64,000 nt of DNA from Macrostomum hystrix (taxonomy: Eukaryota; Animalia; Platyhelminthes). Location of the stretch: positions 9,610,001 through 9,674,000 of the forward strand of contig CATNEN010000003.1 of the NCBI GenBank assembly GCA_950097015.1, written 5' to 3'. The position numbers were made by a program, and so were the translations under genes. Positions within the stretch are counted from its first letter, which is position 1. Each line of letters opens with the position of its first letter. The notes below the pieces were generated by a model. The model searched no databases. It was given only the letters and a program-made list of their open reading frames with translations, and was not told the origin of the DNA. This document shows positions 51,541-63,217 of this stretch, one piece after another.

Positions 51541-52408
51541 GTTGAATACAGAATAAATTGACTTAAACAAATTTGCTTCGAAATGCTTGAAAACTGTTCT
51601 ACAGAAAAATATAACCACCAAGGTTGTTGTGCCATTTAATGAAGTTACACTGACTCAACTCGCCAAGATTAGTGGCATGAGAATTTGGCTTTACTTAGAC
51701 TCATTTGATCCGATAATCTTTGGCTATATACTCGAATTGTCAGACAAAAGCGCATTATAGCTTAAAAATCCCTAGGACCTGAATGTGAAAATCAAACTGC
51801 TAGTTTTTCCTGGCTACCAAATCGTTGGGATTAACTTGACAGCTCAACAGAACATATAGATCAAGTTATTTATGAATTGAAGGACGACATCTGGTCGCGA
51901 AAGCCGCATTATCCAGACTAGTGCAGGCTGACTGGCTGTCCTAAAAATAAACCAAGCAGATATGAAGTTCTGATGCACTTGCTGACTGAAAAAAAAACTG
52001 AAAAAATTTTCAGCTAAAATATTTATAGAATTCATTCAGATTTCTAAGATAGCTATTTATTTTATATATTGCACTATACGGAAATAATCAGTGCTTTAAT
52101 CCAAGTATTTCAATTTTCTACTTTATACCAGCCAGTCAGCCTACACTTGTCCGGAAAATGGGACTTTCACAGCGAGTTGGCTCCCTAGTTTCTAGATTCA
52201 GATATCTATTAGCCTTCGAATCCTATGCCCAACAGTTTAAATATCGTAGGAGTAGAATCACGAAAAAGTGAAAATTTAAACGGCTTGGTGAAAGCTGCAA
52301 TTTCTATTTTTCTATTTTTCCCATTTAGTCTAATGCATCGGCAAACAGTGCACAGATGGTTTGTCAGGAACAGACAGAATCATATAGTCAGAAAATAACC
52401 AGTATTAT

Positions 52409-53942
52409 GAATCCATACTGGTTCTGAATCCATACTGGTTCTGAATCCATACTGGTTCTGAATCCATGTACTGGAACTGAATCCATACTGGTTCTGAATC
52501 CATGTACTGGTTCTGAATCCATACTGGTTCTGAATCCATACTGGTTCTGAATCCATGTACTGGAACTGAATCCATACTGGTTCTGAATCCATGTACTGGT
52601 TCTGAATCCATACTGGTTCTGAATCCATACTGGTTCTGAATCCATGTACTGGTTCTGAATCCATACTGGTTCTGAATCCATACTGGTTCTGAATCCATAC
52701 TGGTTCTGAATCCATACTGGTTCTGAATCCATACTGGTTCTGAATCCATACTGGTTCTGAATCCATACTGGTTCTGAATCCATACTGGTTCTGAATCCAT
52801 ACTGGTTCTGAATCCATGTACTGGTTCTGAATCCATACTGGTTCTGAATCCATACTGGTTCTGAATCCATACTGGTTCTGAATCCATACTGGTTCTGAAT
52901 CCATACTGGTTCTGAATCCATACTGGTTCTGAATCCATACTGGTTCTGAATCCATACTGGTTCTGAATCCATGTACTGGTTCTGAATCCATACTGGTTCT
53001 GAATCCATGTACTGGTTCTGAATCCATACTGGTTCTGAATCCATACTGGTTCTGAATCCATACTGGTTCTGAATCCATGTACTGGAACTGAATCCATACT
53101 GGTTCTGAATCCATACTGGTTCTGAATCCATACTGGTTCTGAATCCATACTGGTTCTGAATCCATGTACTGGTTCTGAATCCATACTGGTTCTGAATCCA
53201 TACTGGTTCTGAATCCATACTGGTTCTGAATCCATACTGGTTCTGAATCCATACTGGTTCTGAATCCATACTGGTTCTGAATCCATACTGGTTCTGAATC
53301 CATACTGGTTCTGAATCCATACTGGTTCTGAATCCATACTGGTTCTGAATCCATACTGGTTCTGAATCCATGTACTGGTTCTGAATCCATACTGGTTCTG
53401 AATCCATACTGGTTCTGAATCCATACTGGTTCTGAATCCATGTACTGGAACTGAATCCATACTGGTTCTGAATCCATACTGGTTCTGAATCCATACTGGT
53501 TCTGAATCCATGTACTGGTTCTGAATCCATACTGGTTCTGAATCCATACTGGTTCTGAATCCATACTGGTTCTGAATCCATACTGGTTCTGAATCCATAC
53601 TGGTTCTGAATCCATACTGGTTCTGAATCCATACTGGTTCTGAATCCATACTGGTTCTGAATCCATACTGGTTCTGAATCCATACTGGTTCTGAATCCAT
53701 ACTGGTTCTGAATCCATACTGGTTCTGAATCCATGTACTGGTTCTGAATCCATACTGGTTCTGAATCCATACTGGTTCTGAATCCATACTGGTTCTGAAT
53801 CCATACTGGTTCTGAATCCATACTGGTTCTGAATCCATACTGGTTCTGAATCCATGTACTGGTTCTGAATCCATACTGGTTCTGAATCCATACTGGTTCT
53901 GAATCCATACTGGTTCTGAATCCATACTGGTTCTGAATCCAT
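52409..53942. repeat. 17-bp minisatellite (GAATCCATACTGGTTCT) with interspersed 19-bp (+TG) variants
   Basis: direct tandem repetition; all three minus frames open only because the unit lacks stops. Confidence 0.97.
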
Positions 53943-54324
53943 TTTGATTTTAGGTGCTTGAAACACTCCCATAGTCTCATAACTGTTCGACTCGAGGTTT
54001 ATAAATGAAATATTCGAAATAAAAAAGACGATAATAAAAGCATTTAAAGTTCTTTACATACCATGCGAGTTGACAATTATTCGCATAGTCGTTATTAATC
54101 CTGCATTTGGAACAAGTCGCTGCTTGATTAAAACAAACAAGGAAGATACGACAGCTACAATGCGACAGTGATAAAACTAGTGTATATTCAGATTGCCAGA
54201 AACATTAACACATGTCTGAGGTAAAGTAACAGAGCAGCGTAAGAGTGAAATCTTTAATTTAATCTCGGTTGAATCTTAATATCATGATTGGTTATTGAAC
54301 TACAAAACTAAACTAAACTATAAA

Positions 54325-54971
54325 ACTGAAACTAAACTATTCAGTCCTCAGAATCTGAAACTAAACTATTCAGTCATCAGAATCTGAAACTAAACTATTC
54401 AGTCCCCAGAATCAGAAACTAAACTATTCAGTCCTCAGAATCTGAAACTAAACTATTCAGTCCTAAGAATCTGAAACTAAACTATTCAGTCCCCAGAATC
54501 AGAAACTAAACTATTCAGTCCTCAGAATCTGAAACTAAACTATTCAGTCCTCAGAATCTGAAACTAAACTATTCAGTCCTCAGAATCAGAAACTGAACTA
54601 TTCAGTCCTCAGAATCAGAAACTGAACTATTCAGTCATCAGAATCTGAAACTAAACTATTCAGTCCTCAGAATCTGAAACTAAACTCTTCAGTCCTCAGA
54701 ATCAGAAACTGAACTATTCAGTCCTCAGAATCTGAAACTAAACTATTCAGTCCTCAGAATCAGAAACTGAACTATTCAGTCCTCAGAATCAGAAACTAAA
54801 CTATTCAGTCATCAGAATCTGAAACTAAACTATTCAGTCCTCAGAATCTGAAACTGAACTATTCAGTCCTCAGAATCTGAAACTAAACTATTCAGTCCTC
54901 AGAATCAGAAACTGAACTATTCAGTCCTCAGAATCAGAAACTGAACTATTCAGTCATCAGAATCTGAAACT
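54325..54971. repeat. 29-bp minisatellite (AAACTATTCAGTCCTCAGAATCTGAAACT)
   Basis: direct tandem repetition. Confidence 0.95.
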
Positions 54972-55009
54972 GCTCCATCCCCTTAAGCAGCGTGTTTCGC
55001 AGTCTTAGT

Positions 55010-55420
55010 TCAGCACACCAGGCGCACTAAGCTATTATCACTGTCGTGACCGCCAGAGCTGACTGTTGAAGCGTTGGAGTCCAGCCTAATCCTTGCGTGT
55101 CGCTGCGGGCTTTCCACATCGCGCTTCTCCGTTTGTCGCCTCCTTCGCCGACGATTCTCTCTGGCTAGCAAGCCAATACGGCTGCCGCTCTCAATGGATG
55201 TCGAACATTTCTCCATTTGTTTTCGTCTTCGTCGACGCTCCGTCACTGGCGGCGGCATGACTCGACCTCGATCGTGCAGCAGCAGGTGCATCCGCAGCTT
55301 CTGACCGCTGCACAGGCTATAGGTGCAGCCAGGCCTCGGACAAGGAAATCTGACGCCCAGGTGACGTGAGCGAACGTGCTGCTGCAGGTTCTTGGCCAGA
55401 GTGTACACCTTGCCGCAGCC
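55010..55420 (-). CDS. TFIIIA-like C2H2 zinc-finger protein, exon 2 (fingers equivalent to 8-9, basic NLS-like tail)
   Basis: acceptor cactAG at 55422-55421, phase 0 gives CSYE|GCGKVYTLAKNLQQHVRSRH..CPRPGC..LRMHLLLHD, resembling TFIIIA F8-F9 (GCGRTYTTVFNLQSH..HAVVHD). Confidence 0.85.
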   Translation of the reverse strand, partial: GCGKVYTLAKNLQQHVRSRHLGVRFPCPRPGCTYSLCSGQKLRMHLLLHDRGRVMPPPVTERRRRRKQMEKCSTSIESGSRIGLLARENRRRRRRQTEKRDVESPQRHARIRLDSNASTVSSGGHDSDNSLVRLVC

Positions 55421-55602
55421 CTAGTGAGGAATTAACAAATTTACACGATTAATCTGTGCGACAGGCTAAACTTATTACTTACAGTAGGAGGAATGAATGA
55501 TGAAACCTATGTCAAATCTACAGTTATTAGTAGATAAGTTATTACTAGTCCAATAAAATAGACTGCAATGTAAACAATTGTCTCTTACCTCGTTTCATGC
55601 AA

Positions 55603-56292
55603 TAACCGGTAAAAACCCTACACCTCCAACAGGTAAAAACCCTACACTTCCAACAGGTAAAAACCATACACCTCCAACAGGTAAAAACCCTACACCTCCA
55701 ACAGGTAAAAACCATACACCTCCAACAGGTAAAAACCATACACCTCCAACAGGTAAAAACCATACACCTCCAACAGGTAAAAACCATACACCTCCAACAG
55801 GTAAAAACCCTACACTTCCAACAGGTAAAAACCATACACCTCCAACAGGTAAAAACCCTACACTTCCAACAGGTAAAAACCATACACCTCCAACAGGTAA
55901 AAACCCTACACTTCCAACAGGTAAAAACTCTACATCTACAACCGGTAAAAACCCTACACCTATAACCGGTAAAAACTCTACACCTACAACCAGTAAAAAC
56001 CCTACGGCTACACCTACATCCGGTAAAAACTCTACATCTCTAACAGGTAAAAACCCTTCAGATACAACAGGTAAAAACCGTATAAACTCCAACGTGTAAA
56101 ACCCTACACCTCCAACCGGTAAAAACTCAATACCTCTAACAGGTAACAGGTAAGAAACTCTAAACCTCAAACAGGTAAAAAACCGACATCTATCACCGGG
56201 AAAAAAGGCTACCCATCTAACCGGTAAAAACCTCACCCCAACAGGGAAAAAACCCGGTAAAACCGGAAATGGTATAGTGCAAACCGGTAAAA
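55603..56292. repeat. 24-bp minisatellite (ACAGGTAAAAACCATACACCTCCA) filling most of the zinc-finger gene intron
   Basis: direct tandem repetition, decaying to the right. Confidence 0.93.
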
Positions 56293-56325
56293 CCTAGCAG
56301 GCAAAATCAATCACAATGGCCTCAC

Positions 56326-56835
56326 CTCGTACGAGCATTTGTGAGTAGGCGCGGCGTCGTCAGATCCAGGACGATGAGCAGCAGCCAGATGAGTGCGGAG
56401 CAGCGCGCGACATGCCAATCGAAGCCCGCAGCGCTGACAATCGATTGGCGCCGGATGCTCAAGCGCCCGATGCCGACGAAGAGCGCTGTAGCCGACAAAC
56501 TCGGCGTTGCAGTCTTCGCAACGCCTGACAGCGTGTCGACGCTGATGACTGATTAGTTTGGACTGACAAACGAATTGCTGATGACAGCCGGGATGCGGAC
56601 AGGGTAGGCACAGTCTGGATGCTTTGTGCACAACAGCCCGGTGAGCGGCCAGCTGCTTCTTCTGACGGAAGCCGTTGTCGAAGGCGTTGGACCCTGGCGG
56701 ACAATCTGAGCAGTGATATCGGCGCTGATCAAACTTTTTAGTCTGCTCAGGATGAGGGCTAGAAGCTGAATCGTCTGCTCTAGATTTAGATTGCGGAGTC
56801 GAAGAAATTTCTGATTTATCGTTTGGGCAATCCAT
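56326..56835 (-). CDS. TFIIIA-like C2H2 zinc-finger protein, exon 1 (fingers equivalent to 4-7 and start of 8); spliced product ~306 aa
   Basis: four C2H2 fingers, including CPHPGCHQQFVCQSKLISHQRRH (TFIIIA F5-like ..SKLxxH); donor GAG|GTGAG at 56326/56325. Confidence 0.85.
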
Positions 56836-56935
56836 AGCTTAGAAAATTTTATGGTGGTGTTCTGCAATCGAATAAATTGGTAAGAGTTAAGATTTCGTAC
56901 AAGCTTAAGATTGTGTGCCATTGTATAGATATAGA

Positions 56936-57450
56936 TACCAGACTGGGGCGCGTGTACTTTAGATGTGGTTGCTATGGTAACCAAACTGGGGCTAGCGTAC
57001 TTTAGATGTGGTTTCTATGGTAAACAAACTGGGGCGAGCGTAATTTAGATGTGGTTGCTATGGTAAATAAACTGGGGCGAGCGTACTTTAGATGTGGTTT
57101 CTAAGGTAATCAAACTGGGGAAGGTGTATTTTAGATATGACTTCTTAGCTAAACAAACTGGGGCGAGCGTACTTTAGTTGTGGTTGCTAAGGTAAAAAAA
57201 ACTGGGGCGAGCGTATTTTCGATGTGGTTGCTAAGGTAAACAAACTGGGGCGAGTGCACTTTAGATACTGAAGTATGATCTCCAAAGTAAACAAACTGGG
57301 GCAAGTGCACTTGACTTGTAGTTACTAAGGTAAACAAACTGGGGCAAGTGCACTTAAGTTCTGTTTGCTAAGGTGAAAAACTGGGGCGGGTGTACTTAAG
57401 ATGTGGTTTCTAAGGTAAACAAACTGGGTGGGGCGAGTGTACTTTAGAGG
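56936..57450. repeat. ~43-bp degenerate minisatellite (AAACAAACTGGGGCGAGCGTACTTTAGATGTGGTTGCTAAGGT) just upstream of the zinc-finger gene
   Basis: ~12 diverged copies. Confidence 0.9.
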
Positions 57451-58074
57451 TGGCGGCTTAGTGGTAGAATTGATGCATGTGTACTTTTTGGGGTGGTGGG
57501 TTGGGCGTTTGAATTTGACGTGTACTTTTAAAAGTGTGAAATGGATGAAATTGTAAAGCGTCAACAAGAAATTAAAAGCGAAAGGTCGCACACAGTGCCT
57601 CAGTCCCAATTTGAATGCTTTAGTATAATTCAATATTACAACTATTACAAAATAGTTACCTACTTACAAATTAGTATGCACTGCACACATTTGTAATAAA
57701 AAGCATAGAAATGGAATAGAATTTGAGCAGTATAAAAAGCAGAGCATACATTGTATCGCATTTTTCATTCTAGGTAAAAGCTTTTCTAAAAAAGAATGCT
57801 TTGATCGTAATAGATTCGGAAATATTACAGACTACATTTTACAATAGGGATATTGTGTCCAAAATGAGCAAATAATTAAACATTTAACTTAAAAATTCAT
57901 CGCAAATCCATTTCGATCAGCCAGACTACTTATAAACGGCTAGTAGTACTATGCGACTTTGAAATATTAAAAGAACACAAAATGTAGAATTTGGAATGCG
58001 TTAAAAGTGACATCACTTGAGATAAGCTGGACCCTTTGAGAGGCTTAAACCAAAACCATGTTAAGCCAATGACT

Positions 58075-58165
58075 TCTAAAGGCTGTGTACAGCTGTTCTG
58101 TCCATGGCTGGCTGGGCAGGCTGCTACATGCATTTCAATTTCTATCCCAGCTAAAGTTGGTACCC
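58075..58165 (-). mobile_element. Degenerate 3' fragment of the same SINE family
   Basis: GGCTGTGTACAGCTGTTCTGTCCATGG..ATCCCAGCT..GGTACCCA..ACAGCTGAGTGAA aligns to copy 2. Confidence 0.65.
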
Positions 58166-58408
58166 AATGCACAGCTGAGTGAATTATAGATCACAAATGA
58201 ATGAAATGTATTTCTTAAGCAAACATTTTCCATTTAGGTATCAAGTACATGGATTCAAGTATATATCAGGACTAAAAGCTTTAGTTTGATTACTAAGGAT
58301 ATTAAAAATAAAAACTGAATTATACTACTTAAGTAGTATAGACCTTAGTTAATTACGAAAAATTAATTCTCAAATCACAAAAAGCAGAAATATTTTTTTA
58401 GAGATCCA

Positions 58409-59143
58409 TCAGTAGCTAGACTCGCTGGTGGTTGTGGTTGCGTCATCGTCATTATCAGCAATTGCAGCTCTCAATGAAGCCGCCTTGCCAACACCGGCAC
58501 CAGAGGAAGCAGCAGCAGCAGGCGCCGCTCCTTTCTTCAAGCGCTCCCTAGCCAATTGGAGTCGGTCTAACAATCGACCGACGTCAGCTTCAAGGCGTCC
58601 ATTGTCCTGACAGACGCCTTCAAGCTCAGTCACTAATTGACCGGCAGCATTGCTATTGGCTGGCCGATGTTTACCATTATTCTCGTTGCCTAGCAACAAA
58701 TGATCGTCGACATCGTCGTCATCATCGTCAAGGTCTGCAATGTCGTTGTCTGCTAGAATGAGTCGCTCGTCGTTGACTTCAGCGGCGATCGCCTGTTGAC
58801 GCCGTTGCTCCAACTGGTCGCCGATGCGATGCGCTTCAACCTGACGATGGCGCGATTGCAGCGCCCTCAACCGCTGCCGCTGGGCTGTTAGTGCGGCCAA
58901 TTCGTCAACTCGAGCTCGACGCTGCTCGGCGGCTAATCGACGACGCTGCTCCTTGAGAGCGGCCTCCTCGCGAGCGATCAACGTTCGGCGACGCTCCTCG
59001 GCTGCCAGCAGCAGCTCCTGCTGACGACACCAGGCTGCCTCTTCGGAACGCTGAGTCTCTGAGCGGCGCTGGGCTGCTTCGAGAGCGCGCCGCTCCTCCA
59101 GGTACCGACGCTCCTCTTCGCGCAGTCGATCGCGTTCGCGCAC
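58409..59143 (-). CDS. TBC1D31: TBC1D31 last exon (coiled coil)
   Basis: acceptor ttAG at 59145-59144, phase 0; E/R/A-rich coiled coil; TGA. Confidence 0.85.
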   Translation of the reverse strand: MRERDRLREEERRYLEERRALEAAQRRSETQRSEEAAWCRQQELLLAAEERRRTLIAREEAALKEQRRRLAAEQRRARVDELAALTAQRQRLRALQSRHRQVEAHRIGDQLEQRRQQAIAAEVNDERLILADNDIADLDDDDDDVDDHLLLGNENNGKHRPANSNAAGQLVTELEGVCQDNGRLEADVGRLLDRLQLARERLKKGAAPAAAASSGAGVGKAASLRAAIADNDDDATTTTSESSY

Positions 59144-59156
59144 CTAATGCGGCGGT

Positions 59157-59682
59157 TTGGGATTTGATCCTTTAGGGATTTAATCTTTCTGGGATTTGAC
59201 CCTTTAGGGATTTGATCTTTCTGGGATTTGATCCTTTAGGGATTTAATCTTTCTGGGATTTGATCCTTTAGGGATTTAAAATTTCTGGGATTGGATCCTT
59301 TAGGGATTTAAACTTTCTGGGATTTGATCCTTTAGGGATTTAATCTTTCTGGGATTTGATCATTTAGGGATTTAATCTTTCTGGGATTTGACCCTTTAGG
59401 GATTTGATCTTTCTGGGATTTGATCCTTTAGGGATTTGATCTTTCTGGGATTTGATCCTTTAGGGATTTAAACTTTCTGGGATTTGATCCTTTAGGGATT
59501 TAAACTTTCTGGGATTTGATCCTTTAGGGATTTGATCCTTCGGGGATTTTATTATTTAGGGATTTGATCCTTTAGGGATTTAATCTTTCTGGGATTTGAT
59601 CCTTCGGGGATTTTATGCTTTAGGGATTTGATCCTTCAGGGACTTTATCCTTCGGGGATTTGATCCTTTAGAGATTCGATCC
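59157..59682. repeat. 16-bp minisatellite arranged as a 32-bp dimer (GGGATTTGATCCTTTA/GGGATTTAATCTTTCT)
   Basis: direct tandem repetition in an intron. Confidence 0.93.
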
Positions 59683-59802
59683 ATCAACAGCGGTCATCCA
59701 TTTATCCTACTCTTATGATCCTTCAACTGTAGACGTTTATCCTTTCCAAAAATTGAATGTAGTTCCAATACAAAAAGCATCACACAGATGCACGGAACTC
59801 AC

Positions 59803-59997
59803 CTGATAGTCGACAATGAACACCGGATACCTATTGAACATTGGATACTGCGGACCGCCCAACGGACTAAAAGCTGGCAACAAGCGGCAAGGACAGATTT
59901 CGGCAGGTGTTCTGGCTCGCAATTGTCTAGCCTGTTTAATTAGATCTCTGGCGCCTAAACAGCCTGGCTGACGATAATAGACCTCGAATTCTCGCAC
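59803..59997 (-). CDS. TBC1D31: TBC1D31 exon
   Basis: AG/GT boundaries, phase 0/0; ..YPMFNRYPVFIVDYQ matches the conserved TBC1D31 motif YPxFNxYPxFIVDYQ. Confidence 0.88.
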
Positions 59998-60589
59998 CTG
60001 TCAATCATTGTGTAGAATTTAAGCATAAAGTTACAAAAACTGGATTCGGATTTTAACAGTAGGAATTTCCCCCCGTCCCTAATTTTTTGTGCTGCACCCC
60101 AACGGAGCAACGCAAGCACACGAAACTAAAGAACACGGGCCTACTTTTTGTTGCGCATCTTCTGAAACAATAGTCAAGTCGCCGGCGAGATATTCAATGC
60201 TTCTGGCCTAGAGCGCTAATGTATTTTAAACACCCCTATAAACGAATTAGCACTGCGCCTCAGTGCTGCATTGACAGGCATTCAGAACTGATCAGCATGT
60301 CACCCGAGTGTGCCTGCATCATCTCCCTCTTCTGTGGTCACCTACCCTTATCTAGACGGACTTCAGGACCTTCAATGGCTACGGCAGGTTAAACTAGGCC
60401 ACTATATACACCCTGACGCGAATTTCTCTAATGTCACTGATCAAGCCTAAATATTAGGCGCAGTTCAACCACAGGACACCATCGCCTAGTCTGTCAACCA
60501 ATCAGTCACCACCCAACGCTGTTAGCATTCAGGCGCTGCTAAAAAATGTCAGGAGGGGAAGACAGGAAAAATCTCTAAATGCTACAAAC

Positions 60590-61296
60590 CTCGGTAGCTC
60601 TGAGCAGCGGCCCCCTACTCAGAAGAGTAAAAGCAGCAACGCAGTACAGCAGATGACCAGGCGGTTGGCAAAGCAGGCAGTCCCACATTGACAGCCATTC
60701 GTCTCTGGTCAACACTTCAGTTAGCAGAGTCTGCAACAATGGCCAAGCTAGGATCTCAGAGGTCACGCCTTTGGCGCACAGATGCGCGTACAACTCCTTA
60801 TCGTGATAGGCTATCAGATTTTCTATCATAGCCAGAATGTTGAGCGGCGGATTAGGAAAGTATTCGAACCAATGACCACACCAGTTCATTAGGATAGTAA
60901 TAAGCACTTCAGTGGCGTGAAGTTGACTATTTTGAAATAATTTCACAAAAGGAAAAGCCAACAGCGGCAAATAGTCGGCTTCGCCAAATAGTGGACTCCA
61001 AAAGGCCACACAGCTGAGCGAGCGTTGCAGCACCCTGCCTAGCTTGTTGCTACGCAACGGGAAACGCTCCTGTAGAGTGAGAAACGCGGGATGAATGCCT
61101 TTGTCGTGTAGGGCGGTGAATGCGGCAGTGTTCTCAGGCAGTTGTAGCAGGGTCTTCCATATTAGCAGCCGGTATTTAGCTGGGAATTGGCCGAATTCTT
61201 GTAGGATTGCTCGAAGACGCTTGCGATTCAAAGGCTGAGGCTGCTGCTGCTGCTGCTGCTGGGGCGGTTGTTGCTTTAACGATTTGCCTGGCGGTG
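60590..61296 (-). CDS. TBC1D31: TBC1D31 exon (Rab-GAP TBC domain)
   Basis: LNRKRLRAILQEFGQFPAKYRLLIW..LPLLAFPFVKLF..WFEYFPNPPLNIL; boundaries acAG (61298-61297) and GTTTGT (60589). Confidence 0.92.
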
Positions 61297-61417
61297 CTGT
61301 TAAAAAAGCAGTATAAATTATAAATTATTTATAAATTATTTTATTTTTATAAGTAAAAACTTACTTTTCATTTGTCAAACATATCCATAGAATATAACAT
61401 CTATGAAGAAGATGAAG

Positions 61418-61975
61418 ATGAACTCTGTACAAGACTTCAAAGAACTCTGTACAAGACTTCAAAGAACTCTGTACAAGACTTCAAAGAACTCTGTACAAGA
61501 CTTCAAAGAACTCTGTACAAGACTTCAAAGAACTCTGTACAAGACTTCAAAGAACTCTGTACAAGAAGACTTCAAAGAACTCTGTACAAGACTTCAAAGA
61601 ACTCTGTACAAGACTTCAAAGAACTCTGTACAATACTTCAAAGAACTCTGTACAAGAAGACTTCAAAGAACTCTGTACAATACTTCAAAGAACTCTGTAC
61701 AATACTTCAAAGAACTCTGTACAAGAAGACTTCAAAGAACTCTGTACAAGACTTCAAAGAACTCTGTACAGGACTTCAAAGAACTCTGTACAAGAAGACT
61801 TCAAAGAACTCTGTACAAGACTTCAAAGAACACTGTGCAGGACTTCAAAGAACTCTGTACAAGACTTCAAAGAACACTGTGCAGGACTTCAAAGAACTCT
61901 GTACAAGGCTTCAAAGAACTCTGTACAGGACCTCAAAGAACTCTGTACAAGACATTCATTGAACTCTATACAATA
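61418..61975. repeat. 22-bp minisatellite (AGAACTCTGTACAAGACTTCAA) with 25-bp variants
   Basis: direct tandem repetition in an intron. Confidence 0.95.
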
Positions 61976-62036
61976 AATAGATCAAGACTGACACGACCCG
62001 ATCGTTTAATTGGCAGAAAAATGGCAGACTACTCAC

Positions 62037-62523
62037 ATGCCACAGCAGCCGATCTGCCAGACCCAATCGTATAAGTTCGACCAGTGTCTCCTCCGCCAGG
62101 CTCCGTAGATCGATCCGTTCGATCGGTGGCAATGATCGGTTCTGCGACTGGCCAGACAATTGCGGCGTCCGCGGCAGCAGCCGCGTTAGCGGCGGCCCTA
62201 GCCGATAGAGCCGCCTTGGCCGCATCCGGTCGCAGTGCTGTTGCTAGGCAATGAATAAGCAACTGTCCGGCGCTAACCAATACCAGTCGATCCTTGGAGA
62301 CTGCTAGGCGAGTCACGTGACTATCAGCCGACTGCAGACGGTTGGCAAGAATAGCGCCGCCACTGTTAGACCTGCCCAAACTGACGCTGACAACGCCACC
62401 AGAATGAGCAACAGCGAGTAGTGCCAGAGAACTGGACGATCTGGAAGACTTTTCATCGGCCGCCAAGTCTCGATCTGTTTCAGCACTGTCGCAGGCCGTT
62501 GATGCGGAATTGGCAAAGGCAAC
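62037..62523 (-). CDS. TBC1D31: TBC1D31 exon (WD40 end and linker)
   Basis: acceptor taaAG at 62525-62524, donor GTGAGT at 62036; phases 0/1 fit neighbouring exons. Confidence 0.75.
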
Positions 62524-62980
62524 CTTTAAAAAATGGTAGATTTTATTGAATTATTGAATTAGTATATGTCGTTATATTAGTATGGATATTCTAAATTAAT
62601 CATCGTTCTTTGAATAACGATGAATATAAGCATAATTTTTCTTATTTTTTTCAAAAATGTTCTATTTTTTCTGACCCCATGGTCATTCGGTTTGGGAGTT
62701 ATGGTAAAGTAGGCAGTGGGTATTTAAAATATCCCCGTGGTGTTTCTACTGTTAGTAGTTTTTTTAATACCTGATTTCTACGGAAGATAAAATAGTTATT
62801 CCTAAATCAATAAAATGCCATACCAAAAAATTTAATTACCAATTATTCCAAAACAATCTGATTCCTAGAAAATGTAAATACTTTGAAAAAACTATTTCCT
62901 ATTTTAATAAAACTATATCTGATTATAGTTAAGCTACAAGGCCAGGTGTGCAGCCGACAGCACAGCAGCAGCTAATGCGC

Positions 62981-63217
62981 CGCGCATCTGAAGGCTGCGA
63001 ACGGCTATTCAGTCCATGGACTGGGGGGGTACGCCACACCCACCCTCAATTATTACCACAGCTAATGCTGATTTTAACAGCTGGGTGAACTGAAGCAATG
63101 CAGAGTTAAGTGTTAAGTGTTATATCACAAATTATTCCAGTGGAGTAAAATACCAGACCTTCAAGAATCGAACCCATGACCTTCGTGTCGTAATTCCGAA
63201 GCTCTAACCACTACGCT
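62981..63217 (-). mobile_element. tRNA-derived CORE-type SINE, copy 3 (diverged, in TBC1D31 intron)
   Basis: aligns with copies 1 and 2 over head and body. Confidence 0.82.

Noticed and set aside
52380-53980. Three overlapping ~500-aa minus-strand ORFs (MDSEPVWIQNQYGFRTS)n
   Set aside because: The 17-bp unit cycles through all frames without stops; no unique coding flanks or splice support.
20681-56292. Several arrays carry CAG|GT splice-like motifs antisense to the host transcript (19-, 22-, 24-, 44-mers), hinting at orientation selection
   Set aside because: There are counter-examples on the sense strand (31-mer AAG|GTG; 22-mer at 61.4 kb TCTTGTACAG) and the sample is too small.
60245-60540. 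Intronic snoRNA or structured RNA in TBC1D31 (short hairpins, ATGATG..CTGA)
   Set aside because: Box C is imperfect, the spacing is short and no rRNA guide is identifiable by eye.
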